Numbered from the stretch's first letter, positions 50,970 through 64,000 are shown. The stretch: 64,000 bases of DNA from Glaucostegus cemiculus (GCA_976551045.1 CDPCPM010000169.1:3658001-3722000); one strand, 5' to 3'. Notes: generated by a model not told the origin, from the letters alone. Numbers and translations: made by a program.

Positions 50970-52610
50970 GAGCAAAAAACAAACTGCTGGAGGAAGTCAG
51001 CGGGTCAGGCAGCATCTTTGGAGGGAAATGGAAAGTTGACGTCTCAGGTCGAGACGTTTGATATGGAGACTATCTGAACACTCTCTCCCATAGCAATCTG
51101 AAAATTGGGACATAACAGGAGAATTAAAAACGATATTACAAAGTTGGAGTGTATCAACCAGAAGTTTGGGGAGATGGCCGGTATGAAGAGGTGAGGGAAA
51201 GGGGTGGAGCAAGAGCTGGTGGGTGAAAGGTGGATCCAGGTGAGGAGGGGTGATGGCAGATGGAAATACAAAAGACTGGGCGATAATGGGTGGAAACATT
51301 AAAGGGTTGCATGTGATGGAATCTGATAGGAAAGGAAGGTGGAGCATGGAACCAAATAAGAGAGGTGGAGTGGGCACCCAGTAGGTGTGGGTGATGGGCA
51401 GATGGAGCGAGTGGAGGAGGGGAAATAAATGTGGTGGGTGTAAGATGGGGCGGCACGATAGCGTAGCGGTTAGCGCAACGCTGTTACAGCGCCAGCGATT
51501 GGGGTTCGATTCCCGTCGCTGTTTGTAAGGAGTTTGTACGTTCTCCTGTGTCTGCGTGGGTTTCCTCCGGGTGCTCCGGTTTCCTCCCACATTCTGAAAG
51601 ACGTACGGGTAGGTTAACGTGGGGGTTAAAAATGGGCAGCGTGGACTCGGAGGGCTGAAAGGGCCTGTTACCACGTTGTAAATAAAATTTTAAAAATTTA
51701 AAAAAGATGAACTGGGTAGATTGAGGGTGGGGGGGGAAGAGAATAAAAAGGACTCTGGGAACAAGTTACGTGAAATTAGAGAGTTTGATGTTCATGCTGC
51801 CAGGTTGTAGACTACCAGGTGGAGTATGAGGTACTGTTCCTCTAGTTTGCATTTAGCCTCACCCTGGCAGTGGAGGAGGCTGAGGACAGACGGGTCAGTG
51901 TGGAAATGGAGAGGGGAATTAAAATGGCTAGCAATCAGCAGTTTCAGATGGCCATGGCAGATGGAGCACAGGTGCTCCACAAAGCAGTCACATAATATGC
52001 ACTTGGTCTCATCGATGTAGAGGAGACCACATCAAAAGCACTGAATGCAACAAACAAGGTTGGAGGAGGTGGATGTGAATCTCTGCCTCACCTGGAAGGG
52101 CTGTTTCGTGCCCCAGGACGGTGATGAGGAAGGAGGCGTAGGGACATATGATACTCCTCTTATGGTTGCAGGGAAAACTGCCTAGGGAGTGAAGAGGGAT
52201 TAGTAAACCAAGGAGACATGAAGAGAGTGGTCCCTGTGAAAAGCAGAAAGGGGTGGGGAGGGGAAAATGTGACCAATGGTGGGATCGCATTGCAGCTGAC
52301 GGAAATGTTGAAGAATGATGTTCTGGATGCATAGGCTTGTGGGGTGATAGGTAAAGACCAGGGGAACTTGATCCCTGTTCCATCTGCGTGAGAATGGAGT
52401 AAGAGCAGAGTATGGGAAATAGAGGAGATGCTGGTGAGGGCTCCCATCAACTACATGGGAGGAACTCTTGTTTTCTGAAAAAGGAGATCATCTCAGATCT
52501 CCTGGAAAGGAAGGCTTCATCTTAAGAACGGATGAAGAACCAGAGAGAGAGAGAGAGAGGGATACTGTCCTTATAAGAGATAAGGTGGGAGGAGGTATAG
52601 TCTAGGTAAT
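50970..52610 (-). mobile_element. Penelope-like element relic, interrupted by a SINE
   Basis: Terminal motif aactgctggaggaagtcagcgggtcaggcagcatc in reverse; translated remnants IASHFNS, KLEEQYLI and an LLYIDETK-like GIY-YIG motif. Confidence 0.8.
51448..51703 (+). mobile_element. Young, full-length tRNA-derived V-SINE
   Basis: A box TAGCGTAGCGG, B box GGTTCGATTCC, intact V domain GTGGGTTTCCTCCGGGTGCTCCGGTTTCCTCCCACA, retained CpGs, A/T-rich tail; AAGATG on both flanks (51442-51447, 51704-51709). Confidence 0.9.
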
Positions 52611-52659
52611 GAAGAGTGATTTTGCTTGGTTTTATGGAAATCTCAACCAGTTTTTTTAA

Positions 52660-53245
52660 GAGCATAAGATGGGGAAAGCTAGTTGGCCTTTCCAGCATGC
52701 TCTGCCATTCACCAAGGCCATGGCTGATCCAATTTTATCCTCAGTACCACTTTCCTGCTCTCTCCCAAATCACTTGATTCCTTTGTGTTTCATTATCTGT
52801 CAGTCTCTACCTTGAATATATCCAATGACGCTACCTCCACTATTGTCTGGGCTACAGAATTACAAAGATTTATATCTGTCATAAGAAGAGAAATTCCTCC
52901 TCATTTTCATCTGAAATGGGTGACTTCTTATTCGGAAACTGTCTACTAGCTCTAGATATCCACAGCAGGAGAAACTTCTCAGTATCAATTCTGTAAAACT
53001 CACTCAAAATCTTACAAGTTTCTGTAAGATCAGCTCTCATTCATCTATATTCCATTGAATGTATCCTCTATCATTGTATGTCAACCTAGTGAATCTTCAC
53101 TGCACTGTCTCCAATGCAAGCACTTCTTCATGAGGTGGGAAAGATATATATGGTGTCACCAAAGGACTGTAAAATTGCATCGAAACTTCCCCACCTTTAT
53201 ACTTTAGAACCCTTGTAATGAAGATCAACTTTAGCCTTCCTAAAA
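52660..53245 (-). mobile_element. CR1 LINE 3' relic
   Basis: cataaga...ctctgccattcaccaaggccatggctgatc...gaagagaaattcctcctcat is the reverse complement of a CR1 3' end. Confidence 0.7.
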
Positions 53246-53269
53246 GTTTGCTATACGTGCACACGAACA

Positions 53270-55200
53270 GGTACAGCAAACGTTTGTGTTTGGGATTACC
53301 TTGCAAGTGCTGCAGAGGCAAACCTTCCTGTCGACCTTGAGACCACAACTGTTGGCCTAGTTCAGTCTCTATGTTGCAGCTTTACTAGTACTGTGTTTAA
53401 TTCAATTGTGTCTTCACCTCAGGATGCATGACCAATCTGAGTCAGCAACAGATTGGTTTTGCATCTTTATAGATATGAGCATATGCCTTGTGTCCTTTGA
53501 TACTAATGTAAGAGTCACTGAACTAGTCTGCCATGCATTTGCAGCTGTGACACCTAATACTTGCATTCAGTCTTGGCCTGGGATGTTGGCAGGTGGGTAA
53601 GATGTGTCATAGCAGTAGTTTAAATTAATAACCATCATGGTCACGAGGCTTATGATCTGCCTTGTCGTCTTTATTGGTTCATCTGTGTATGTACAGAGAT
53701 CCATCATGTGCTTGGTCAATGGAATCTCACTAAACTGCTGGCTATACACATCTCTCCCCTTAATTGAATTGTTCCAAAATCCCTGCAGTTCCCTCTGCTG
53801 CCAACATCAGTGGCAAAGATCCTCTCTAGGAAGAGTTATTCACAAACCTCATGTAGTGCAGAATGCCTCTCTGCCCTTGGCTGATAGACTTATTCCCTTT
53901 GGCATCTAGACAAATGGGAACTGCTGCTTTCTGCTAACAATATGCCATGTCTGCTTTCACAGATGACTGCTGTGCATCTCATTTTATTATACCTGGAACA
54001 ATTACCTGCTTGGAATAAATAAAGTGGCACTGGGCAGTTGCCATGGCAATGGTGGCAAAAGGTTTGACGATCAAACCTGTTCTTTGTGCCCACCTCCTAT
54101 GCTTAAAAAAAGAGAACTCCACCATTATCACACCTACTGTCACAGCTTCAGCCTCGGCCTCCATATGAACTTTTACAGTCTGCCTGAAATAAAAAACCTC
54201 TTGGCATTTTCATGATGGTGACAATTTTGCATGTTTTGTTGAATCAGAGCTCTTGGGTTTTGAACAGCTTTCTCGTACTGCACATTGATGATGAACTTGT
54301 GCCTTGCAAGAGCAATTTGTGCAAGAAAAAAGTCCTGATGTTGCAATACTATGCCAGGTTCTTCAACAGTATAGTCTCTGATCAATTTTCCTGGCTCTGA
54401 CTAAATCTTAAATTTAAAACTCCTGAAAAATTTTGAGGGCACTGATTCAAATTGGCTGTGGAATTTGTAAACTGCTTCCCTTCTGTCTCTTTTCTCTCTC
54501 CTCCTGATCGACCCAGTTCCTTCTGCATCAACCCCACCCCATCATCCTGTTTCCTTCCCCTCCGCCACTCATTCCATCTGCCCTCCCCACCTCTCTTATT
54601 TGGTTCCATGCTCCGACTTAATTTCCTTTCAGATTCCATCATCTGCAGCCCTATGTTACCTCCTCCTCTCACCTCCCAGCTTCTGTTGCTGCTTCCACTC
54701 GTTCCTCCTCCATCTACCTATCACTCCCTCATCTGGCTCTGCCTCTCATTTGCCAGCTCTTGCTTCACTCCTTCCTTCACCTCTTTATACTGGCTATGTT
54801 CCCCCTATCTTTCAGTCCAGATGAAGGGTCTCAACCTGAAATATGGACTGTCCATTTCCTTTCACAAATGCTGCCTGACCTGCTGAGTTCCTCCAGCATC
54901 TTGTTTGTTTACATAATTACTCAAGAGTTTCATTGAATAGATCATCTTGCTTTACATAGTGCTAATAAATCAATTAATGTTGCATTGGTATATGGATCAA
55001 TCTTGTCCAGAAGGATTTTTGTTTCAGTTGTGAATCACTTTGTTTGATTTGTGGTTGCTTGCTCCCATTACTTCCTTTACATTATTTCCATGATAAACCA
55101 ATTCCATCCCCTCTAGGTATGCCTGCAAAGTCTCCTGCATCATACTGTAGCTTCCCAACCTTCTGCTGTCTGTGTCTGATCCTTGGCTTCCCAGTTTTCT
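53270..55200 (-). mobile_element. Heavily decayed Ty3/Gypsy gag-pol relic, split by a Penelope-like fragment
   Basis: Ordered remnants on the minus strand: gag N-terminus (QETLQAYLEGMELVYHGNNVKE), Cys/His knuckle-like region near 54000, protease region (LCTYTDEPI), IKGHKAYAHIYKDAKP linker, and RT start (PTVVVS...VCLC). Confidence 0.55.
54470..54910 (+). mobile_element. Penelope-like terminal repeat fragment
   Basis: Similar to the reverse complement of about 50970-51430 (ctcttatttggttccatgctcc...tcagattccatcat...tgctgcctgacctgctgagttcctccagca). Confidence 0.75.
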
Positions 55201-55734
55201 TTTCACCTGCTTTTAATTGCAAGCTTTCTGCTGTGACTTGGATTTTTGCTGTATCCTACCTTTGTTGCCAGAGTAGTATCTGCAGCTCAACAGTTATGGA
55301 GGTCTCAACTACTTACACAGAACACAGCTGTTTATTCAGGTGTTCCCGGCAGCATGAAAAGAAAGGATTGCCTGCAAAATATTACTGATGACGCCCGCAA
55401 TCATTAACATATCCATAATACACACAAATGCTAGCTCAATTTATTGTTTTAATTCTGATAGTTTTAGTACATGCCTGGAGGCTAAGGTTTTCCAGGGAGG
55501 CACTCACTGAGATCTGATTCAATAACTTCTGATAATCAGTCTTTCCATTTTGTGTTGGCACTGGCCATTTCTGGTGGAAGGACAGAGAATACTGGGAGTT
55601 CTCGTGGGGAGGGGGGACCATCAGGCAGCTTCTGTGGGGAGAGGGTTAGCAGTTTGGTTCAATGACCTTTTGGAGATGAGGGTGGGGGTGGCCATAGCCG
55701 TGGAATGTTAGCTCTGTTAGTCTTTCCTTGAATA

Positions 55735-56228
55735 TTGTCTACATTGCTGTGTATTTCCAGCATGTTCTGTTTTTTTTCAGATTTACAGCAGCTGCAAATT
55801 TCTTCTTTGCTTTCTAATCCTGGGCCAATTCTTACGTATCCCACCACGGATGCTGCCTGACTAACTAGATATTCCCTACTGTCTCCTTTATTTCAGAATT
55901 GCAGCAGCTGCTATGCTCTGTACCTAACAGATCCAGCATCTTTATTTTATATTTTTTGTTCCTGTGCTTTCTGTCCATTTACACCTACTCTAAATAGGTC
56001 AGCTGCCATTAACAAACCTTCAATACTCATCGTCAGTCAGCCATAATCTGTGGTATCTTTTTTCTCTCAGTCTCTACCCTGTCACCGACATTCCCATTTT
56101 CCTCTCCAGTTTCTGTGCAACTAAAAACGTGCTTGTTTTATAAACTTTCTCTGTTTTGACAAAAGGTCATTGACCTGAAATATTAACTCAGGTTCTCTCT
56201 TAACAGATGATGCCTGACCTGCTGAATA
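55735..56228 (+). mobile_element. Cluster of short Penelope-like terminal fragments
   Basis: Repeated gatgctgcctgac and ttccagcatgttctgttttt motifs. Confidence 0.5.
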
Positions 56229-56754
56229 CAGTGTACCCCTGCTTCATGGCAGATTGGGTGATAGAAATCCACTCTTGTAGATTCACAAATCACTACCAAG
56301 AAAATTGAGATACAAAATTAAAATCTGCTTTTATGGAATTATTGTGAAAAAAGATAAACACAAATGTATACAGAGAACTGAACTAGTTTACCAAGGTCAA
56401 TGGTCGCAGGTTGCCAGTTCAAAGCGCTTAAGAGACTTGCTTTGGAAACTGACAAGGCAATTTCTTATTTTGATAATTGTACAACAATACTTTATCCAAA
56501 AATGTAATGCACATTTATAGTTCATTAAAGCAGCAATCCTTTCTCCTCTGCCAACAAATACAATCAGAATTCCCTTGCCCATAGATCACGCACCTTTGGG
56601 GCATTACAGTTGAGAAGAAAACTTCCCATAGTAAGGCATTTACATTTATAACATGGGATTCATTGGGGGGAAGAGAATACATCTTACAGAAAATTGCGAT
56701 ATGGACAGTTTTCTAGGAATGTAAGCCCTCTGTAACGTAGGTGTACACTGTACT

Positions 56755-57590
56755 TAACACATAAGAAATAGGAACAGAAGTAAGCCACATGATCCCTTGT
56801 CCCTGTTCCACATTCAAAAAGATTAATGCCATTCCTGTACCTGAACACCATGTACATGCCATATCCTCGATTCCTCTAATATCCATAAATCTATCAATCC
56901 TTGCTTTAATTGCAATCAATCACTGAGCATCCCCAGTCCATCAGGGTGGAGAGTTCCAAAGTACAATATCCTCTAAATGATGGCACTTCTCTTTTCAATC
57001 CTAAATGGCCTGTTTCTTATTTTGATACTGTGATGTGCTAGTTACAGGCAGCACAGTGGCACAACACTTATCACTGCTGTCTCACAGATCTAGGGACCCA
57101 GGTGCAATCCTGACCTTGAGTTTCCGATGTGGAGTTTGCACATTTTCTCCATGAACACGAGTTTCCTCCCACGTCCACTGGTGGGTTAATTGGTGCTTGT
57201 ACGTTGCCCCTTAGTAAAAGTTAATTGCAAAAAGCATTTCAAAAAAAAGGGAGGTAATGGACTTGCGTGAGAAATAGAGACAATGAGACAAAAGGGACTT
57301 AATGCGCTGAATGGCTTCTGATGTCAGAAAATATAAACAAGCTTCCTCAGCCAGAAGAAACATCCTCAGCCATGTTGAGCCCTATAAGAATTTTATACAC
57401 TTCAGTGAGGTCATCTTTCATTCTTCTAAGCTGTAGAAAATAGAGGCCTAGTCTACTCAATCTTTTCTGGCAGACCTGCTAAACCAGGAACCAGTCTGAT
57501 GAATCTTAGCTGTACTTTTATAGCAAGAAGGGATGTCAAAATTGTACACAACACTCTTGGTAGGTTCTCACAAAGGCCCTATATCATTAA
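56755..57590 (-). mobile_element. CR1 LINE 3' relic interrupted by a SINE
   Basis: acataagaaataggaacagaagtaagccac...gagagttccaaag...cttcagtgaggtcatctttcattcttctaa. Confidence 0.7.
57047..57330 (+). mobile_element. V-SINE/HE1-like SINE (decayed)
   Basis: ggcagcacagtggcaca head, ccaggtgcaatcctgacc B-box region, gtggagtttgcacatt...tttcctccca. Confidence 0.75.
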
Positions 57591-58394
57591 GGAGGGACCT
57601 GCCTCCAGTTAAGCTATCCATAGAAATTCATTTCCAGCTTATGTTTGCTCAACATTGGCATGCAAGCCCTAATACTAATCAACTGGTCTACAACTGAACC
57701 AATGTCAAACACTTTATTCAATATTTCTCCTTGCAATGCTGCACCTCACCTCCAACAAACATTCTGTGGGATTGAAGTCAATCTTCAGTACTGATAGCAA
57801 ATTATTTAGCCTAAGTAAACTACATTCCAGAACTAAGGTCACCTGAACCCCAGTAGTGAAGCTACAGTGTGCAGACAACCCTTGCGTTTGTACACCCTCA
57901 GTGACTGAACTGCAGAATATTGTTACCTCGTTCTCTGAAACATACAGGAGGATGACCCTCACAGTTAACATCCACCAATCTACCACAGCTATGCCACATC
58001 TTTACTTATGTACTCAGAGAGTAACATGTGCAGCTGCAGGGAAATGAGGACCGGAGCTGATGGAAGTATTCTGTTTGGAGCTAACATGGACATGATAGAC
58101 TGAATGGTGTATGTTATAAAAAAGGTGTATAAAATTAATGAATAAATCACTGAATCAAATACTTAAATGCCTTGCTTTAACACCTCTGTTTTTTGATAAA
58201 TAGCACCATTGTTTCTTTAGTGCTGCGCATTACCAAGGCAAATAACAAAGGTAGAGCTATCAATATAACATCCTCCATTAAAGACAGTCAACTCTCAGCT
58301 GATAGCAGTGTCTGGTGTAATAATGTGTCAAATGTCATATCAGATGGTATGATCAATTAGTAAATGGTCATGTGCACTTTCATACAATATGGAT

Positions 58395-58950
58395 ACTTCA
58401 CTTAACTGAGCGAACAAGGTTAGAGCACATGGAATTGGGTGTAACATACTGGTGTGGATTGAGAATTGGTTAGGTGACAGAAAACAGAGTAGGGATAAAG
58501 GTGTTCTCAGGTTGGGAAGCTGTGACTTGTGGGCTACTGAAGGGATTGGTGCTTGGGCATCAATTATTCACAATCCCTATCAATGATTTGGGAGAGAGGA
58601 TGAAATGTAACATTTCCAAGTTTGCTTATGACAACCAAATGGGAAATGATTAGTGCTGAAGATGTAAAGAGGCTCCAAGGGGATATAGATTATCTGAGTG
58701 AGTAGGCAACAGTATATCAGATAGAGATAATATGGAAAACAAAATGATTATCCACTTTGGCTAAAAAAAGAGAAATGCTGAGCATTTTTTTAAATGATGA
58801 GAAACTGGGAAATACCGATGTTCAATGTGTCTTGGCTGTCCTTGTACACCAGCCTCTGAAAGTTAATCTGCAGGTCACAAAGGCAATTGGAAAGATAAAG
58901 TGAATGTCGGTATGTGTTGTAAGACGACTTGAGTATGTAAGTAAAAAATG
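58395..58950 (+). mobile_element. CR1 LINE reverse transcriptase relic
   Basis: KVRAHGIGCNILVWIENWLGDRKQ and ISKFAYD remnants. Confidence 0.75.
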
Positions 58951-59454
58951 TCTTACTCTAACTTTGTGCTCCTGATGATTGGCCATGAGACCCTCAATAC
59001 CATCACAAATGCTGCTTCTCCACTTTGGACAGTCACTTTTAATCGTGAGTAAAACAGAATGTAGAATGCTGTGCTCCTAGTTCTTAAGCCATTGCATGAT
59101 GATTATTGTTTGGAGTTTTGAACTCCAATTTAAGGTAGTATGGGCTGAAATAAAAACAGGAAATACTGGAAACGTTTGCTGTCCAACAGCATCTGTGGAA
59201 AGAAAAACGGGTTGAAAACTGTTTGTATGGGCTGAACTTTATTTGCATTATAACTGATATAATTAGGTGTGAATACTTGACTCTGGAAACATATCAGCTT
59301 CACTAAAGTGAAGCACCAGTAGAATTGCCTGGTAAAATTTCATGATTGTTGTGAATTCACATTGCAATTGTGGTTTCTTCCAGATAAAAATGATTTTTGA
59401 TCACGTAGCACTGAAAAACACTATGTGATCCAATTTCTTCGTTGCCTTTGGTAT

Positions 59455-60300
59455 AATCGGCAGGCTTCTTAAGCGAGGCCCTTGCAATGAAGTCCAAATA
59501 CTTTATACCACAAGAAGCATGGGGCCTAGTACTGAGTCATGTAGAACCCCACTGTATACACCCCTCCAGTCACTAAAATTCACACAAACCATTTTATTTT
59601 ACTTTCTGAGCCAACTTTTAATTCAATTTGTCACTTCTTCTTTGTTCCCATGGGCTTTTGGTTTCATGATCAATTTACCATGTGGGATTTTTTTCAAATG
59701 CCTTACTAAAATCCATACAGACTACATGAAATACTTTACCCTTGTCCAACACTCCTTATTACTTCCTCAAAAAGTTCAATTAGGTTAGTCAGGTGCAGCC
59801 TTTGCTCAGCAAATCTATGCTGACTGTCCTTGATTAGCTCAATTTGCATTAAAGTAGTTTTTTCAGTTCCATTTCTGCTAACTCATATCTCAGTTTAATA
59901 AAATTAGCTCTCCCCCCAATGTAGAATTTTTATTCCTGGTCTCCCTTTCCCATTTCATAACAATGCTAACCCAAGTGCAAAGTTACAGAATACCTCAGAA
60001 TTGTTTTCCAACAATTTGCCGACTACCAATGTCAGACTGGCTAGATTGTAGTTATTCAATCTATCCCTTTCTCTTTTTTAAAATAAGGATACCACATGAA
60101 CAATTTTCCAATTCTCTGGCACTATACCTATAGCATTGAAAAATTACACTACTAACCTAGACTAATTCCTCCTTAGCTTCTTTTTGGAACCTGGAATATA
60201 TTTTATTTGGACCTGGTGATTTTTAAATATGTTAGGCCTCTTAATATGCCTTCCATTTCTAGTTTCTTATGAAGACAAATGCAAAGTATTCACTTAGAAA
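59455..60300 (-). mobile_element. CR1 LINE relic
   Basis: tcaaatgccttactaaaatccatacagact is the reverse of VCMDFSKAFE; YNLASLTLVVG remnant near 60030. Confidence 0.7.
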
Positions 60301-60419
60301 TTTACACAAGTTTACCACCTTACCACTCAGGCTGTCATGCTGCCCTCCACACCTTCAACAGTGGAAGAGACATCACCTGGATTACAGACAGATATTACTT
60401 GCAATTAGCAAATTAGCAA

Positions 60420-61012
60420 ATACCATCTGGTATGGGAACTGTTCAGCCGCTGGGCAGAAGTCCCTGCAGAGAATAGTGAGAGCTGCAGAGAAGATTACAG
60501 GTGTCTCTCTACCCTCTATTGTGGATATATATATGGACTGATGCATCAGAAAGGCCACAAACATAATGTCTGACCCTTCTCACCCCTCCCACCACCTCTT
60601 TGCACTCTTGCCATCCAGAAAGAGGCTCCAGTGCATCCATGCAAGATCCAACAGACTGTGCAATAGCTTCTTCCCACAAGCCACCAGAACCATGAACTCC
60701 CTCAAAGTGCTGCTCCCCATCCCTCCCTCCATCCCTCCCTCCATCCCTCCCTCCTACACCAAAGGATTCTAGGCATACAAAAATGCACCAGCACTTTGAG
60801 TGTCCAATGACTGCTGCGTCTGCACGTTCATTTTAAGCTCCTTTTATTTGAGTCTTTTTTAATGCTGTTCCAATGTCTTTAACATCTTTCTGTCTTTGTG
60901 TCTCTTATTGTTTTTAATGTGACCTACACCTTGATCTGTGGAGTACGGTATTTCGCTCCCATGCATGCTGAGTATGTATATGGAAGTGACAATAAAATTG
61001 ATTCTGATTCTG
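60420..61012 (+). mobile_element. Rex1/Babar-type LINE 3' portion
   Basis: IWYGNCSAAGQKSLQRIVRAAEKI...DPSHPSHHLFALLPS...NSFFPQA and gacaataaaattgattctgattct tail; closely similar to 43525-44092. Confidence 0.85.
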
Positions 61013-63414
61013 TTTCTAGTTCGCTACAGTACTGTTCATTGTATATCTTTTTCCCCCAGATTCCTACTGATCAGATTACATCATCGCTCATTTTTTTTAA
61101 TGTTTAGGCCTACCACCTCACCTGCAGTTAAGAATATTTTTTATTGTTATTACTTTCCCATTGCTATTAATGCCTGAGGACATTGCTGTGATTTATCTCC
61201 TCATCTGCAGACCTAGTCAAATTATCAAAATACTTAACTACAGTTATCAAGTCCAATTTGTGGACACCATTCAATCATTTTGTCAATTTCTATGTAAACT
61301 TAATGTTGATTGAAACATACCAGTTGCTTATTTTGATGTTTGGACATGTATTAATATTCCTTATTTCATTGTTATTAAAATATAGTGAAAGAAAGCTCGA
61401 GGCTGAACCTCGTCATTTGTTCTAGTTGGAGGAGCAATAGAAGTGTTCCAAACTTTAAGAGAAGAGCATTTGGCAGATGGACTTTTGAGATCAAACCTCT
61501 ACATTTTGTTTCAACAAAAATTTTCTATTTTGTTCCAAAGATCTAATCTCCCCTAATTGGTTGACATCATTGTTGAAATAGCAACACATGGAATTTCATG
61601 TGAATATAAAAATGTTCCAAAGCTGATAATCATAGAGCAAAACCTCTGAGGTGCTTGTTCTTATCCACATTTTTAATTTATCTTTGTAACTTTCTGCATC
61701 TCTGTCTCCACTTCCAATCATGTATCAACTATTTCTCTCTCCCTTCCCACATTGCCAATTTACATCAGGTGGAGTTTATTTTTGTAAAATGTCTTTTGGA
61801 GCATTCATCCACTAAGGCAACAAGGAAACATTTGAAAGCCAGGCTGTAGTTAAATAAAACTGGACAATCTGCCTGCTGCAAATTTACAGTGATGCAGGAC
61901 ATCAGATTTAAACTACCCAGAGACTGTTCAGATTGCAGCACAATAAAGCCACACATAATCCTCATTGACAACTTCCATTCATCCATTCAACACAGAGGAG
62001 GAGGGTGTGGCAGTAAGGGCACATGCCCCACCAATAATTGTCAAACACATTACAGCTAGTTACATTTGTGTTCAACCTGCTCTTCCAAAAACACTCAAAT
62101 TTGAAGCTCCGTTTTAATGCCTGTCATAGAACCAATGTGAAAGTGCAAATCTCATGTTGATTTTGCTGTAATTGATAGAGTAAATAGCATGTTGAAATTA
62201 ACAGCACACCTCAATCAAAGAGTGCACTCACCCAGCTGAATCAACTGGAATAAAAAACTAGAATGAAATGGTACGTTGCAGCTGGCCTCCAAATTCCCAA
62301 CCAGCAGCTAAACACATGCATCACACTTTTTAAAATCCTCTTTATTATGTGTTTTTATTTCTATTGCTAAAAATCACTTATAACAATGATGCAGAGGAAA
62401 GTAATGAAGAAAATATGGTTTGAATATCAAATGTATCTTGGGGTTACATTAGACCTTTCCTCAGAAATAATATGAGACCATGATTGGTAATCCACTGGTC
62501 ATATTCTCCTTAAACACTGCCTGCAGCATTTCTTTATTCAACACCACTTTCAAACATCAATGTGCAACTTTCATGTTTGGTTGCCTACAGTCATTCAAAG
62601 GATTAATACATTCTAATACATTATTTAGTTCTTTACTATGAATTTTCTTTTAACATATCACAATTTCCTTCTGATAATAGATTGGAAAATTACAAATTAG
62701 CATCTTCTACATGGAAAATAAAAGTACTCAACACTCATTGAAGCTTCCTGATCCCACATAGCTCAGAATTAGGAGCTCAACCACAGTCAGAAGATGTACT
62801 CACCACAGCTGGATATTTTTTAAATGTTTTGTCACCAGTGTTTATTGAAAATTAATAATGCATACCGCAAAACCTAATCAAACATTTATAAGCTGTTGGT
62901 AGGAAATATTTGCAAAATGTCTGCTATATAAGTGATATTAAAAATAACTTTTTAAGATTAAAATTACAATACTGAAACTTTATACAGTCAAAGATCAAAA
63001 TTTTCATCAAGGATTATTAGAGTAGAAATTTATATGTATGGTGAACATGTTTCACCGAGAAAACAGGCTTAAGATATACCAAAGCAGCAATGGGAGTCCA
63101 GACTGTGCAACAGTTGTTAAAATCACGAGGCCCTTCATTTTTAAGTATCTTGCCTGCTTCTCCACTCCTAGAACAATTGAGATCACCTCTCCCTTGTAGG
63201 CCACTTCAATACTTACAATACTTCTAACCATCTCCACCTGAAGGATTTAACTTTCAGACATTGGCAATGAGGCATGAAATCCAACATTGCTTCATTGGAT
63301 CAAGTTGTTCATTGAGTCAGAACCATTGTTTGCACCTGAGACAAGTACGCTAATAAAACCTGAAGTTCAGTTTCCAAAATCTTTTTGGTGTATAATACAA
63401 TATCACAAAGAAGG

Positions 63415-63960
63415 CATGCCAGCGGCTCTACTTTGTTATGAGTTTGAGGAGATTTGGTATGTCACCAAAGATTCTTACAAACTTCTTTAGATGTACAGTG
63501 GGAGAGCATTCTAAATGGTTGCATCACAGCCTGGTATGGACCCTCCAATGCAAAGGATCGCAAGAGGCTGCAGAGGGTTATAAACTCAGCCAGCTCCATC
63601 ATGGGCACAACCCACCCCACCATTGAGGACATCTTCAAGAGTCGGTGCCTCAAGAAAACGGCATCCATCATTAAGGACTCTCACCATCCGAGACATGCCT
63701 TCTTTTCATTACTCTCATCAGGGAGGAGGTACAGGAGCTTGAAGACCCAAGCTCAATGATTCAGGAACAGCTTCTTCCCCTCAGCCGTCAGATTTCTGAA
63801 TGATCCATGTACTCATGAACACTACTTCAATATTCCATTTTTTGCACTATTTACAGTATTTATATTTGTAATGTATCGATGTTTATGCCTTTGTATTGTA
63901 CTGCCATAAAACAACAAATTTCATATCATATGTCAGTGATAATAATTCTGATTTTGGTTC
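63415..63960 (+). mobile_element. Rex1/Babar-type LINE 3' portion (different subfamily)
   Basis: ESILNGCITAWYG...DRKRLQRVINSA...IIKDSHHPRHAFFSLLSSGRRYRSLKT and gataataattctgattttggttc tail. Confidence 0.85.
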
Positions 63961-64000
63961 TATCGGTAATGTAGCTCTGAATGAGGGCATGAAACTAGGC

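Noticed and set aside
51448-51520. tRNA-like A and B boxes as a tRNA gene
   Set aside because: They continue directly into a SINE V domain and LINE-type tail, so this is a SINE head.
50997-51674. 225-aa minus-strand ORF upstream of FAT4
   Set aside because: It spans an antisense SINE and a Penelope-like terminal region, so it is a chance open frame.
1-64000. CRISPR arrays, operons or other prokaryotic or viral systems
   Set aside because: No regularly spaced repeat arrays or gene-dense segments; the window is a spliced vertebrate locus with decayed TEs.

Overview
Eukaryotic, vertebrate genomic DNA; the repeat families point to a cartilaginous fish, probably a ray or other batoid (inference). 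The only protein-coding gene I can support is the 5' part of FAT4 (giant protocadherin Fat 4) on the minus strand. It has a CpG-island promoter region at about 49.4-50.8 kb, a very GC-rich first coding exon (49395-47185, 737 codons) and an 8,189-bp phase-0 intron. An AT-rich second coding exon follows (38995-36107, 963 codons), then a large intron that runs off the left edge; I recognised no further exon in 1-36106. In human FAT4 these two exons are, as I recall, one uninterrupted ~5.2-kb exon, so the extra intron is the main gene-level oddity. The rest is intronic or upstream DNA filled with decayed transposable elements: CR1, Rex1/Babar, RTE, Penelope-like, V-SINE/HE1-like SINEs, Gypsy relics and a PIF/Harbinger relic. 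Notable small-scale structures are a solo LTR with an intact 5-bp TSD at the exact 5' end of a tRNA-derived SINE, an LTR-end/tRNA-Pro PBS fragment, a templated-insertion scar at about 20.7 kb, and chained uORFs before the FAT4 start. I found no prokaryotic-type system and no clearly new gene system. All family assignments come from recognition by eye, not from database searches.
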